DNA of 64,000 nucleotides from an uncultured Clostridia bacterium (GCA_944383315.1 CALWPB010000004.1:10818-74817); one strand, 5' to 3'; numbered from the stretch's first letter, positions 36,433-46,369 are shown. A program made the numbers and translations. The notes: generated from the sequence alone by a model not told the origin.

Positions 36433-37110
36433 TTACTCCTTTTTCTCTTTTAACAAATCGGGACGGCGGGCGGCGGTAATTTGTTTGCTTTGTTCGGCGC
36501 GCCATTTTGCAATTTCGCCGTGATTGCCGCTAAGTAGTATTTCGGGTACTTTCAAGCCCCGAAAATCTGCTGGACGTGTATATTGCGGGTATTCAAGCAA
36601 ATTGTTTTCAAAACTATCTTCCTTTGCTGAATTTTCGCCGTGTAACACGTTTGGAATTAGTCTAGCGACCGTATCAACAACCACCATTGCAGGCAACTCG
36701 CCACCCGTAAGCACATAATCGCCAATGCTGATTTCTTCGTCAACAAAAGTATCAATGACACGTTGGTCAATGCCTTCGTAATGTCCGCAAATAATTATCA
36801 AATGCTCGTGTGTTACGAGTTCTTTTGCTTTATTTTGCGTAAATGTCGTACCTTTTGGGGACATATAGATAATGTGGGAATTATCCGTCTTTACACTTTC
36901 GATACAGTCAAACAAAGGTTGTGGCATCATAAGTAGTCCATCTCCGCCCCCGAAGATTGTGTCATCACATTTTTTGTGCTTGTCTGTTGAAAAATCGCGG
37001 ATATTAATAATATTTAATTCAAAATACCCTGCATCTACTGCCCTGCCTATTATACTTTCGCGAAGTGGTACAAAACTATCAGGAAAAAGTGTCAAAATAT
37101 CAATCTTCAT
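36433..37110 (-). CDS. trmD: tRNA (guanine-N1)-methyltransferase
   Basis: ICGHYEGIDQR, SIGDYVLTGGE and EYPQYTRP motifs. Confidence 0.97.
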   Translation of the reverse strand: MKIDILTLFPDSFVPLRESIIGRAVDAGYFELNIINIRDFSTDKHKKCDDTIFGGGDGLLMMPQPLFDCIESVKTDNSHIIYMSPKGTTFTQNKAKELVTHEHLIIICGHYEGIDQRVIDTFVDEEISIGDYVLTGGELPAMVVVDTVARLIPNVLHGENSAKEDSFENNLLEYPQYTRPADFRGLKVPEILLSGNHGEIAKWRAEQSKQITAARRPDLLKEKKE

Positions 37111-37600
37111 AATCGGTTACTTCCTTGTAACGTTTCTCATTGGCAATTATCTTTTTTGCCTTGATATCAATAGACACAAAGACACCATCGACATATGGAC
37201 ATAATATGCTGCCATAATCTTTGTGAATTTCAAACAAATCAGCATTACCATAATTTTGGATGTCTACAATTTCGCCAACAAACTCGCCTGTCTCAAAAAA
37301 CACGCGGCAGCCTATAAGGTCATCATAGTAAAATTGCCCTTCGTCTAGGTCGGGTAATGCTTCTTTTTCTGCTGTAATAATTGCCCCGCGATAATTTTCG
37401 GCTGCGTTTCTGTCGCCTATTATATCAAGTTTGAGAAAAACCGCACCGTCTCTTACACTTGCACTTTCAATGTTTGCTTCCTTACCGTTTATTTCAACTA
37501 ACTCAATCGCCTTGAAAAATTCGGGATTTGATAAAGGTTCAACCTTAATTTCACCCTTAATGCCCTGTGGGCGCAATACTCTGCCTAATTCTATTTTCAT
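37100..37600 (-). CDS. rimM: Ribosome maturation factor RimM
   Basis: LGRVLRPQGIKGEIKV and FYYDDLIGC motifs; start trimmed to the ATG after AAGGAG. Confidence 0.9.
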   Translation of the reverse strand: MKIELGRVLRPQGIKGEIKVEPLSNPEFFKAIELVEINGKEANIESASVRDGAVFLKLDIIGDRNAAENYRGAIITAEKEALPDLDEGQFYYDDLIGCRVFFETGEFVGEIVDIQNYGNADLFEIHKDYGSILCPYVDGVFVSIDIKAKKIIANEKRYKEVTDYED

Positions 37601-37705
37601 AATTGCTCCTTTAATAATAAAAGTGAGAGAATACTCTCCCACTTTGGAAAAGCCTAATATATTGTACCCGAAAAAACGAATTTTCGCAAACATATTGGCT
37701 ATAAA

Positions 37706-38050
37706 TTATTCACTTGCTGGTGTTTCAGGTGCTTCAGCACTTTCATCAGCCTTTGCCTTTGGTGCTGGTGGCATTTGTTTAGGACGTGGAGCCACATAAG
37801 GCTTTGCCGCAATAATGCCTTCCTTTACAAACATTTCACGTACGGTGTCAGTAGGTGTTGCGCCTACACTCAACCAATACTGTACGCGCTCCTTATTGAG
37901 TTTGAGTTCGAAAGGCTTTTTCAATGGGTCATAAGTCCCAAGGTTTTCGATGCACTTTCCATCTCTTGCATTACGTGAATCCGCAACTACCACGCGGTAG
38001 AAGGGTGATTTCTTGTCGCCCAAACGAGCGAGTCTAATTTTAACTGCCAT
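37706..38050 (-). CDS. rpsP: 30S ribosomal protein S16
   Basis: [28 protein letters not shown]. Confidence 0.97.
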   Translation of the reverse strand: MAVKIRLARLGDKKSPFYRVVVADSRNARDGKCIENLGTYDPLKKPFELKLNKERVQYWLSVGATPTDTVREMFVKEGIIAAKPYVAPRPKQMPPAPKAKADESAEAPETPASE

Positions 38051-38089
38051 TTTGTTTTCTCCTTAAATAAATTTAATATAATTTTCGTT

Positions 38090-39403
38090 TTAGAAAAACG
38101 GAAATTTACCTTTTTTCTTTTTGCCCGCATACTGCTTCATCAACTCTTTGCTTTGAGCAAATTGTTTGAGCAAGGTGTTGACTTCCTGAATCGTTGTACC
38201 GCTACCGAATGCAATACGCTTTTTCTGGCTTGCCTTTATGATTTCGGGGTCAAAACGTTCGGCTGGGGTCATTGACTGAATAATTGCCTTGTTGCGTGCA
38301 ATCTCGCCTTCGTCAATAGTAACACCCTTCATTTTGCCGCGCAACCCTGGAATCATATCCATTAGTGCGTTAATGTCGCCCATTTTGTTAAGGCTCTCGA
38401 TTTGTTGTAAATAGTCTTGCAAAGTAAAACTATTTTCGCGGAAAGACTTCTGCAATCTTTCCATTTCTTTCTCGTCAACTGCGGTTTGCGCCTTTTCAAT
38501 AAGAGTTAGCACGTCGCCCATACCAAGTATTCGGCTTGCCATACGGTCGGGGTGGAAGGGCTCCAAATCACCTTGTTTCTCACCCACACCACAGAACTTG
38601 ATAGGCTTACCTGTAACTGCCTTGACAGACAATGCGACACCGCCACGGGTATCGCCATCGAGTTTTGTAACAACTATACCAGTTATATCTAGTTGGTCAT
38701 TAAACTCTTTTGCAACATTAACTGAATCTTGCCCCGTCATTGCGTCAATGGTGAACAAAATTTCGTTTGGATGAATTTCGGCTTTCATTCGTCTAAGTTC
38801 GTCCATCATTTGCTCATCAATGTGCAGCCTACCAGCGGTATCCACAATGACAACATCAAGCCCTTGTTGTTTTGCGTGTTCGATTGCTTGACGCGCAGTT
38901 TTAACAGGGTCTTGCGTGCCGCGCTCGAATACTTCGACATTGGCTTGTTTACCGACAATCTTCAACTGGTCTATTGCTGCATTACGATAGATATCGCACG
39001 CAACAAGCAAGACCTTTTTGCCTTGACTTTTGAGTAAACTCGCAAGTTTGCCACAAAGTGTGGTCTTACCTGCACCTTGCAAACCGCACATCATAATGAC
39101 TGCGGGTGGAGTGCCAGATAAGTCTAGTTTACTTTGGGTACTCCCCATAAGTTCAATTAACTCATCTCGAACAATTTTAATAACCTGTTGACCTGGTGTA
39201 AGGCTCTGCATTACTTCTTCGCCTTTTGCCTTTTCGGTTACGTCTGCAATAAATTTCTTTGCAACCGAATAGTTTACATCGGCTTCGAGCAGAGCAATAC
39301 GAATTTCGCGCATTGCTTGGTTAATCTCGAGTTCGGTAAGTTTCCCTCGCTGTGTAATTTTGCTAAAAATGTGATTGAGTCTTTGTGATAAACCGTCAAA
39401 CAT
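38090..39403 (-). CDS. ffh: Signal recognition particle protein
   Basis: GLQGAGKTT, DTAGR, TKLDGDTRGG and FHPDRMASRILGMGD motifs. Confidence 0.97.
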   Translation of the reverse strand: MFDGLSQRLNHIFSKITQRGKLTELEINQAMREIRIALLEADVNYSVAKKFIADVTEKAKGEEVMQSLTPGQQVIKIVRDELIELMGSTQSKLDLSGTPPAVIMMCGLQGAGKTTLCGKLASLLKSQGKKVLLVACDIYRNAAIDQLKIVGKQANVEVFERGTQDPVKTARQAIEHAKQQGLDVVIVDTAGRLHIDEQMMDELRRMKAEIHPNEILFTIDAMTGQDSVNVAKEFNDQLDITGIVVTKLDGDTRGGVALSVKAVTGKPIKFCGVGEKQGDLEPFHPDRMASRILGMGDVLTLIEKAQTAVDEKEMERLQKSFRENSFTLQDYLQQIESLNKMGDINALMDMIPGLRGKMKGVTIDEGEIARNKAIIQSMTPAERFDPEIIKASQKKRIAFGSGTTIQEVNTLLKQFAQSKELMKQYAGKKKKGKFPFF

Positions 39404-39409
39404 AGTCCC

Positions 39410-39754
39410 TTACTCCTTTAACTCTTTGATTAACTGTGTAAGCCTTGCGCTAAGCATTTCGCACTGCTCGGGTGTTAAATTTGCCTTACCCAAAACCTCG
39501 GGAAGTTGCTCTGTGATATGCTGATATTTGGTATAAAAACCTAGTTTACTTTCAATTTCGTTTAACTTCTTGAAAGTTCGATGCAGCACATCGCCTACTG
39601 CCTGCCTTGTTGTGTCCGTCTGCTCAGCAATTTCAGCAAGGCTCGAATTGAAGTCTACATAACTACGTGCAATCTCGTACTGATTTGGTGTAAGCATTTT
39701 CCCATAAAAATCAAGCAAAACGCTAAATCTCACCAATTCGTCTACATTCAACAT
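39410..39754 (-). CDS. ylxM: YlxM family DNA-binding protein
   Basis: LLDFYGKMLT..Q...SLAEIAE...TRQAV.D; directly upstream of ffh. Confidence 0.88.
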   Translation of the reverse strand: MLNVDELVRFSVLLDFYGKMLTPNQYEIARSYVDFNSSLAEIAEQTDTTRQAVGDVLHRTFKKLNEIESKLGFYTKYQHITEQLPEVLGKANLTPEQCEMLSARLTQLIKELKE

Positions 39755-39892
39755 AGGCACCTCGCCTGTAAAGTATTTCTACTTTACACGTATTATATCG
39801 TTTTTAAGTTGTCTTGTCAATATTTTTTATACAAATATATAAAAATTTTATACATTTGTATTGAAAAAGCAAAATTTCCATAATATATAAGT

Positions 39893-40429
39893 ATGACTAA
39901 AACCACTTTTTATCTTTCCTTATATATAATAGGAATTATTATAGCGAGTGCTGGCATTATTTGTTTGTTTTCGATTTTATACCCAATTAAATATAAAGAA
40001 ACAATCACAGAAATTGCCAATCAATATAATATTGAACCTGTGATGATTGCAAGCATAATTAATGCTGAAAGCGGCTTTGATACAGGTGCAATATCGAATG
40101 TTGGGGCTGTTGGATTAATGCAATTAATGCCCGCTACCGCTGAATACATTGCTCAAAAAAATGGACTTAAATATGACAGTGCGTGTCTAACCGAACCTGA
40201 ATACAATATAACCTTAGGTACGGCTTATTTTTCGTATTTGCTTGAAATTTTTGGCGATACGGACACTGCAATTTGTGCATACAATGCAGGGCCTAACAAG
40301 GTGAAAGAGTGGCTTCAAAATGACGAATATTCAAAAAATGGAGTTCTTTTATCTACCCCCTATCCCGCAACTAACTATTATCTAGCAAAAATTAGACAGA
40401 ATGTTCAAATTTACACTAAATTTTTTTAA
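39893..40429 (+). CDS. Lytic transglycosylase (SLT domain)
   Basis: IINAESGF, GAVGLMQLMP.TA and AYNAGP motifs; N-terminal TM. Confidence 0.9.
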   Translation: MTKTTFYLSLYIIGIIIASAGIICLFSILYPIKYKETITEIANQYNIEPVMIASIINAESGFDTGAISNVGAVGLMQLMPATAEYIAQKNGLKYDSACLTEPEYNITLGTAYFSYLLEIFGDTDTAICAYNAGPNKVKEWLQNDEYSKNGVLLSTPYPATNYYLAKIRQNVQIYTKFF

Positions 40430-40498
40430 ATTCATTTTTTCGTTGACTTAATCATTTTTCAAATGATATAATAATGTAAGATAAAAAGGGGGGCTACA

Positions 40499-41365
40499 AT
40501 GGTTAAATTTTTTATTGATGCGTATGCTGATATGTTTGGCAAGGAACTAAAAACCACAGATTTGCATTTAGTACCCAGCAAAATCAAACACGGTTCGCGC
40601 ACAACTTATTTTAAAGGATATACGGCTAATACTGATTTTGAAAAAATCGCCACAGAAATCAAAGCAAACAAGTACTCAATTATTCCACTCACCTATGATG
40701 AATGGTACGAATTTTTTGAGCAAGAAATCAAAGACGGCAATGACGTAGTATATTTTTCTGTATCTACCAAACTTCTTCTAGATGGTGGCGAAGCAGTACG
40801 CAAAGCATTTAAAAGCTTAAATAAAAAATATCCACAACGCACCGCTATTCTTGTAGACACAAAAACTGTTTCTCGTGGTACTAGCGAGATTGCGGCACTT
40901 GTAAATCTTGTGTACAAACGTGAAAACAATCTTGATGCTGCGCTTGATTTTGCGGATACCCTTATTGGGAAATTTGTAAGTTTATTTGTAGTAGACAGTG
41001 CAGAAGGTTTGAAAGTTAGTCAAGTATTCAACAAAACAATGACGAGTTTTACGGGCGCAAGTCTAAATCTCAAACCTATTATGAGTATTGATACCGAGGG
41101 GAATTTCAAGATTTTAGACAAGGCTAAATCGTTTAAGTCTGCTGCCTCAAAACTATACAGCAATGTTAAAGAAAACGGACAAAACATTGCGGACTATACT
41201 TTTAGCATTGTTAGTTTTAACGCGGATGCAGAAGCACAAGCCTTGTACAAAAAATTCCGCGAAGTTGTTAATGAGAATGAAATAAGATTAGTTCCGCTAT
41301 CGCTCAACAATGCAATACTTGTCGGCGGCAAGTGTATTGCTCTCACCTTCCACAGTAAATATTAA
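40499..41365 (+). CDS. Divergent DegV family (fatty-acid-binding) protein
   Basis: VDTKTVS.G and LNLKPIMSID..G motifs with DegV-like overall layout. Confidence 0.7.
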   Translation: MVKFFIDAYADMFGKELKTTDLHLVPSKIKHGSRTTYFKGYTANTDFEKIATEIKANKYSIIPLTYDEWYEFFEQEIKDGNDVVYFSVSTKLLLDGGEAVRKAFKSLNKKYPQRTAILVDTKTVSRGTSEIAALVNLVYKRENNLDAALDFADTLIGKFVSLFVVDSAEGLKVSQVFNKTMTSFTGASLNLKPIMSIDTEGNFKILDKAKSFKSAASKLYSNVKENGQNIADYTFSIVSFNADAEAQALYKKFREVVNENEIRLVPLSLNNAILVGGKCIALTFHSKY

Positions 41366-41437
41366 TAATGATAAAAACAACTAAAAAAGAATAATGCTTT
41401 CTGCATTATCCTTTCTTTTATACTGTTTAAAATATTT

Positions 41438-42613
41438 TTACAAAATATCGCTAAAGTCAACAATAAAACTACCATCGGTATAATTTGATATATCTTTTGG
41501 AACAGTTATTTGACTTGCTGAGTATTTAATGATGTATTCAAAGTACAAACTTGTTTTCTCAAGACCTTTTTCCTCAGTAGTTTCCGTTATATACTTTGTA
41601 AGACTACCGTCCCTAATCTCATAATAATAACGTTGTGTTGAATATGTGGTTTCGTTATTTTCTGTCACACTTTCTTGAATTACAAAATTTAAGTTGTATG
41701 AATTGTCCCCTACTTTCTTTAAATCAGTAGTAACGGTTGTGTTTGTTCGATTACCCATTATTTGCAAAGCATAATATTCCGCCTCTGCCAAACTATTCAT
41801 ACTACCACTAATAAATATACTTCCATTAGAAATTGGAGAATTTACGGTAGGAGCAGAAAAAAGTTCATCATTTATAAAAATGTAAATAGAATTACCTTGT
41901 TGGGCATTAGTAAGTTCGTAAAGTTTCTGCGTTCCTTCGGCATCAAAGTCAATAACGACGCCGTATTCATAATTGCCGTTTGAAGTCGCTTGATATAAAG
42001 CATAGGCATCAGTAATATTTTCTCCCGTTAATTCTGCTGTTGCTTCCGTACTGTTAGTGCTTTTAAATTCAACTTTGGCTGGTTCTTGAATATAAATGTC
42101 ATTCTTTGTAATTACTTTAACACTTTCCATTGTCAAAGCAAAACTTGTCAGTGTCAAATAATCTGTCGGTAAAATTGATTGTTTTTGATGTAAATCAGTA
42201 TTAAAATAATAATACGCTCCACCAATCTGGGCAATATCAAATTGAGAATTTATTTGAGTAGTATTGTTTGTTGTCAATCCGCCGCTGTTTGCTTTTACAC
42301 GCAAATCACCATTTAAATCAGCGCTTCCTACCTTCTGCCCTTCTTTATCATTTACCATAAGAGTCATTTTTGCATTAAGCGTTAAATTGCTTGATTCGGT
42401 TTTACGTATTGTACGAATAGTTTGCTCCATAGTATAATCGCCAACTGCTGCATATTTTTCCGCAGTTGTTGCGCTAGAAAGTGCAGTGAATGCTTCATCT
42501 TGCTCAATAGGTGTACCACCACAGGCAGTGAAAACGAACAAGCACGAAACGATTGTTACAAGCGCAATAGAAATTTTCCACCAAGCACTTGCATTAATAG
42601 ATTTTGTTTTCAT
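41438..42613 (-). CDS. Lipoprotein containing a SecDF P1-head-like subdomain
   Basis: Lipobox FTAC; internal LTGENITDA...IDFDAEG..KLYELT....IYIFINDELFSAPTVNSPISNGSIFISG. Confidence 0.65.
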   Translation of the reverse strand: MKTKSINASAWWKISIALVTIVSCLFVFTACGGTPIEQDEAFTALSSATTAEKYAAVGDYTMEQTIRTIRKTESSNLTLNAKMTLMVNDKEGQKVGSADLNGDLRVKANSGGLTTNNTTQINSQFDIAQIGGAYYYFNTDLHQKQSILPTDYLTLTSFALTMESVKVITKNDIYIQEPAKVEFKSTNSTEATAELTGENITDAYALYQATSNGNYEYGVVIDFDAEGTQKLYELTNAQQGNSIYIFINDELFSAPTVNSPISNGSIFISGSMNSLAEAEYYALQIMGNRTNTTVTTDLKKVGDNSYNLNFVIQESVTENNETTYSTQRYYYEIRDGSLTKYITETTEEKGLEKTSLYFEYIIKYSASQITVPKDISNYTDGSFIVDFSDIL

Positions 42614-42843
42614 AAACCAAACTCCTTTTATGTTATATTTACATTATACAAAATTCGCTAATTTCTGTCAATTAAAATCTAAAATATAGCCATCTGTACT
42701 TTTGTAAATAAACAATATAAAAATTATATAATACAACACAAAACAAAATTGTGCGAATTTTTTTGATTTTTTTCAATTTTTTTGTTGACAATAACTAAAA
42801 TAAATGATATTATAAAAAAGTCTTAACAGTAAAAAAGACCTTT

Positions 42844-42920
42844 GGGGGTATAGCTCAGCTGGCTAGAGCACCTGCCTTGCAAGCAGGGGGTCAAGAGTTC
42901 GAATCTCTTTATCTCCACCA
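42844..42920 (+). tRNA. tRNA-Ala (TGC)
   Basis: GGGGGTA acceptor stem, TAGCTCAGCTGG D-arm, CTTGCAA anticodon loop, GTTCGAATC, encoded CCA; TTGACA promoter upstream. Confidence 0.96.
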
Positions 42921-42981
42921 TTATGGGATTATAAGCTAGCCTTGTAGTCCCATATTAATATCAACTCCTTTTATTATTTTT

Positions 42982-43058
42982 GGGAAGCTAGCTCAGCTGG
43001 TTAGAGCACACGCCTGATAAGCGTGAGGTCGATGGTTCGAGTCCATTGCTTCCCACCA
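42982..43058 (+). tRNA. tRNA-Ile (GAT)
   Basis: GGGAAGC/GCTTCCC acceptor stem, CTGATAA anticodon loop, GGTTCGAGTCC T-arm, encoded CCA. Confidence 0.96.
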
Positions 43059-43210
43059 GATGAGAGTGTCGCTTGACGCTCTCGTTTTGTTTTTTTACAA
43101 GTGATAGACCGTACGCGTGAGCGAGCAGATAAAGCGATATTTTGAGTAATATGATAAAGTATACATTTGTTTAGACAAGTGAAAAGCATTACTGCGAGCC
43201 TCGCACACTT

Positions 43211-43368
43211 GGTCGATGGTTCGAGTCCATCTTGTCATAGAGCAATGGACTCGAACCTAGAACGAGCAATGATAATTTATAGATATGTTTATAGTTAAAT
43301 AAAAGTAACGAATTTGTAAGTTAAACGAAAAATTGCGAGTTTCTAACACAGTCCATTGCTTCCCACCA
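43211..43368 (+). repeat. Fragmented copies of the tRNA-Ile 3' half (direct and inverted)
   Basis: GGTCGATGGTTCGAGTCCAT at 43211-43230; inverted AGCAATGGACTCGAACC at 43241-43257; AGTCCATTGCTTCCCACCA at 43350-43368. Confidence 0.8.
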
Positions 43369-43607
43369 CAAGCAAGGAGAACGAGAAAACTTTTGCGAGA
43401 TTATATCTCGCAAAAAGTAGACTTGTTCTTTTTTTATTGTGTCGCACTTGTGCGGAAGCAATAAAAAGGACAAGGATACTTGCGCTAATAGCGCAAAAGT
43501 TTTTGAGTGGCTTGCGCCGTGGTCTACCGCAAGGGCTGAAAGCCCGCGGCTAGACAACAAACTGGCTGGAACCCTATTATTTTACTGTTTAAATTAAAAA
43601 TAAAACT

Positions 43608-43640
43608 AAAAGAACGTAACTTTAAGTTGCGTTCTTTCTT
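43608..43640 (-). terminator. Terminator after DGR target gene 1
   Basis: AAAGAACGTAAC-tttaa-GTTGCGTTCTTT hairpin. Confidence 0.65.
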
Positions 43641-45943
43641 TATAAAAACACAAAATCGCCTGTTTGTCCGTTGTCGGTATCATCATTAGTTGTTGAGTTG
43701 TCTATTGGGGCAAAGCGGGCTTGGACTATTTTTCCTAATACTGTTGCGCGGGATAATATGGTGGTTTCGTCCGTGCTAACTTGTATCCCGTCTATGTACC
43801 AACCTACAAAGCGGTAGCCTTGCATTTGCACTGCGGCTATTAGGGTAACTGTGTCCGTTGTGGAGTATGTGTCCCCTATTATTCGGGCTTCCCCGCCTAT
43901 ACTTGCGGTTATTGCCGTGTTGTTGTCTAGGTCAAAAGACAGGCTTGGAGTGGCTGATGCGTCCACACTAAATACTGGCACTACCTCCACTCCTTCGGCT
44001 TGTTCGCGTGGGAGTGTTAGGGTTGTACCCGTGTATGTGGTGCCGTTTTCAGTGTATAGCATATCCCCTACATACCAGCCGATTAGGTAGTATCCTGTAT
44101 ACGGTATCGCTTCGTATGATACTGTAGCACTGGTTGTGCCTGTGCCTAGGTCATTGCCACTTATACGAACTTCCCCGCCTAGTGTTGCGCTAGCAAATGC
44201 ATTTGAGCGTTTAAAGTATGCTACCGCTGTGGTATCTTGAGTTATAGTAAAGGTATAAACTGTACCCGCTGTATCATTTCGTACTCCATTGATTAACCAG
44301 TAATCAAGCCGGTATCCGTCATTTGCGGTAGCGGTCAGGGTTACTTGGTCGCTATATATTCCGCCACTTTGGGAACGAGAATATGTGGCTGTACCCCACG
44401 TATTGTTATTTGAAGACACAGACACAGTACACGGGGTAAATACTGCGGTGTATGTGGCATTACCTGTTACGGTGGGGCGATATGTGGTGCTTGTGGATAC
44501 CTGCGAGCCATTACGTTCCCATTGGACAAATTTATATCCAGTAATAGGTGTAGCGGTGAGTGTGGCGGTGGTGTTGATTGTGTATGTTCCGCCGCCTGTT
44601 GCTGTCCCTGTACCTGTTGGAGATACTGCTGTACTAATGGTAGCGGTGGCGGGCTCGAATATAGCGGTATAAGTATAACTGCCTGATACAGTGAAAGTAT
44701 AACTTGCACTTGTAGATACTTGGGTGCCGTTACGTTCCCAGCGAACAAAACGGTAGCCACTGTTAGCAGTGGCACGCAAAGTTATCGAAGTACCCTGCTT
44801 ATATGTGCCACCACCTGATACTGTGCCAGAGTTTGCGGGAGTATAGTTTGTTGTGATTGTATAACTTGGTAGTAAATCTTCTAGTGCTGAAAGGGAGAGA
44901 TGAGCGGCAGGACGGACGCCGTAGCTATAGTACACATAGTCGAAGCGAGCGGAGCCCGTGGAGCCCACTCGCACCGCATAGTAGTTAAAGTCAGAGAGGC
45001 CGGAGCGCAGCCAGCAATAGTTGCTGTAACCGCTACTACTACTTGAAGTAGACGTATTTGTATCTAATCGTACCGTGCTAAACGCACGGTCAGTGGCAGT
45101 TAAGCCCCATAAGCCATTGTTTACCTGTACACCATTCGTTGCTGATTGATTGAATACTTCTACACTACTTGGTATCCAGAATTTATCATTGTATGGTGGA
45201 TTTGTACTATCCCATAAGTTTTGTGCCCAACCTGTATATTTACCGCTATAACTTTTTAATCCATTGTGGTGGTCATAGTATGAACTACCCCAAGTGTATA
45301 CATCTTCCGTTTGTGTGGCTTGCCAAGTTGCATTCGCTTCATTTGGTGAGCGAACTATTGTGCTGAAATTGTTTAATTTAGCGGCTATTAAATCATAAAT
45401 ATTATTGGTTACGTCCCTTAGTACTGATTTGGAATAGTTACTATGTTCTGAATAAGGAGCATTACCTGAATAATCTGAAAATGGACTTGATGTTGATACA
45501 TTAGCATTATAATCATTATAATCGCTTACTGTATAATTTTTTGTCATCCAAATAGTTAAGTAGCCATTACGAGCGTATACTGCTTGCCAAGTGATTGGCT
45601 TACTTGTATCCATTACGCCACTTGGTGATACATAATACCCCATATTAAAGATAAAACTGTTTGTTGCGGTTATGCCTGCTTGGTCTGCTATTTGTGGGCT
45701 TGTATATGTACCGCCACTTGTTACAAAGTCTAGTTTGTCTACAAATTGAGATACTGCGTTTGCATTGAGTGAGCCATCTGTGTTGTATAAGTTGCCGCTA
45801 ATACTTAGAGTTGTTTCCCTTGTGGCGTTTGCTTTATTTATATGATTAACAATCAAGTATACACCGCTACCGATTAAAGCACCTGCCATAAAAACGACAG
45901 CAACTATAACACTTATTAACCTTGCTTTTGCGCTTAACTGCAT
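43640..45943 (-). CDS. Membrane-anchored surface protein with a DUF6273/CLec-like domain carrying a DGR variable region, followed by InlB-B-like repeats (putative DGR target 1)
   Basis: N-terminal TM; KFWIPSSVEV...CWLRSG...YGVRPAAHL; repeated T.TL.AT...GY.F..W units. Confidence 0.8.
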   Translation of the reverse strand: MQLSAKARLISVIVAVVFMAGALIGSGVYLIVNHINKANATRETTLSISGNLYNTDGSLNANAVSQFVDKLDFVTSGGTYTSPQIADQAGITATNSFIFNMGYYVSPSGVMDTSKPITWQAVYARNGYLTIWMTKNYTVSDYNDYNANVSTSSPFSDYSGNAPYSEHSNYSKSVLRDVTNNIYDLIAAKLNNFSTIVRSPNEANATWQATQTEDVYTWGSSYYDHHNGLKSYSGKYTGWAQNLWDSTNPPYNDKFWIPSSVEVFNQSATNGVQVNNGLWGLTATDRAFSTVRLDTNTSTSSSSSGYSNYCWLRSGLSDFNYYAVRVGSTGSARFDYVYYSYGVRPAAHLSLSALEDLLPSYTITTNYTPANSGTVSGGGTYKQGTSITLRATANSGYRFVRWERNGTQVSTSASYTFTVSGSYTYTAIFEPATATISTAVSPTGTGTATGGGTYTINTTATLTATPITGYKFVQWERNGSQVSTSTTYRPTVTGNATYTAVFTPCTVSVSSNNNTWGTATYSRSQSGGIYSDQVTLTATANDGYRLDYWLINGVRNDTAGTVYTFTITQDTTAVAYFKRSNAFASATLGGEVRISGNDLGTGTTSATVSYEAIPYTGYYLIGWYVGDMLYTENGTTYTGTTLTLPREQAEGVEVVPVFSVDASATPSLSFDLDNNTAITASIGGEARIIGDTYSTTDTVTLIAAVQMQGYRFVGWYIDGIQVSTDETTILSRATVLGKIVQARFAPIDNSTTNDDTDNGQTGDFVFL
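44901..45019 (-). repeat. DGR variable region VR1
   Basis: 99/119 nt identical to 61775-61893; all mismatches at codon positions 1-2. Confidence 0.85.
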
Positions 45944-46369
45944 AACACCACCCCCTTAGCTTGTGCGGGTGAGATCCTTCGTCTTAGGCTACGCGGGGAG
46001 CGCTCAGGATGACTATTTGCACTAGCAAATAGTCTGGCGGTAGTTTGTGCTATATTGGAATGCGGATATTCCCGCCAGCCGTGCAAAATATTAGTAAATA
46101 GGCTAGCAGAAGTAAATGTACTAGTAAGAAACAGATATTCCCGCCAGCCCAGTACTTTAATATCATATAGTTGTTGCAGACAACGCTTAGGCTGGCTTTC
46201 CGTGTGTGTAGTGAATGGATAAAATACACCCCATTGACTTACAAAGGGTTGTTCGTTATTTATTCGTTTTTGTGGAGAGAGAAAACTTGAAACAAGTTTT
46301 TTATAGGCTAAAAAGTACCCCCCCCCCCATACTATTTGGAAGGTTTGGGGCTAGTGTGTAACTATACAT
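45934..46369 (-). other. Leader ORF frameshifted at a G11 tract (putative phase-variable uORF overlapping the target start codon)
   Basis: AAGGGGT RBS and ATG at 46369; stops at 46301 with G11; with G10 or G13 it joins a 127-codon stop-free frame (46317-45937) ending TAA at 45936-45934. Confidence 0.55.
45971..46013 (-). repeat. REP-like hairpin GTCATCCTGAGCG...CGAAGGATCTC (copy 1)
   Basis: Matches the copies at 63671-63711 and 55659-55703. Confidence 0.65.

Noticed and set aside
43001-43560. Short ORFs 43001-43189, 43321-43560 and 43356-43553
   Set aside because: They overlap tRNA-Ile, its repeated fragments and hairpins; there is no RBS or protein-like signal.
44901-45019. Ordinary recent gene conversion as the explanation for VR1/VR2 similarity
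   Set aside because: Conversion followed by drift would give mostly third-position changes; here 0 of 20 are at third positions and every changed codon is non-synonymous.
46065-46149. Possible mini CRISPR array
   Set aside because: Only two 16-nt repeats with one 53-nt gap, and no cas genes.
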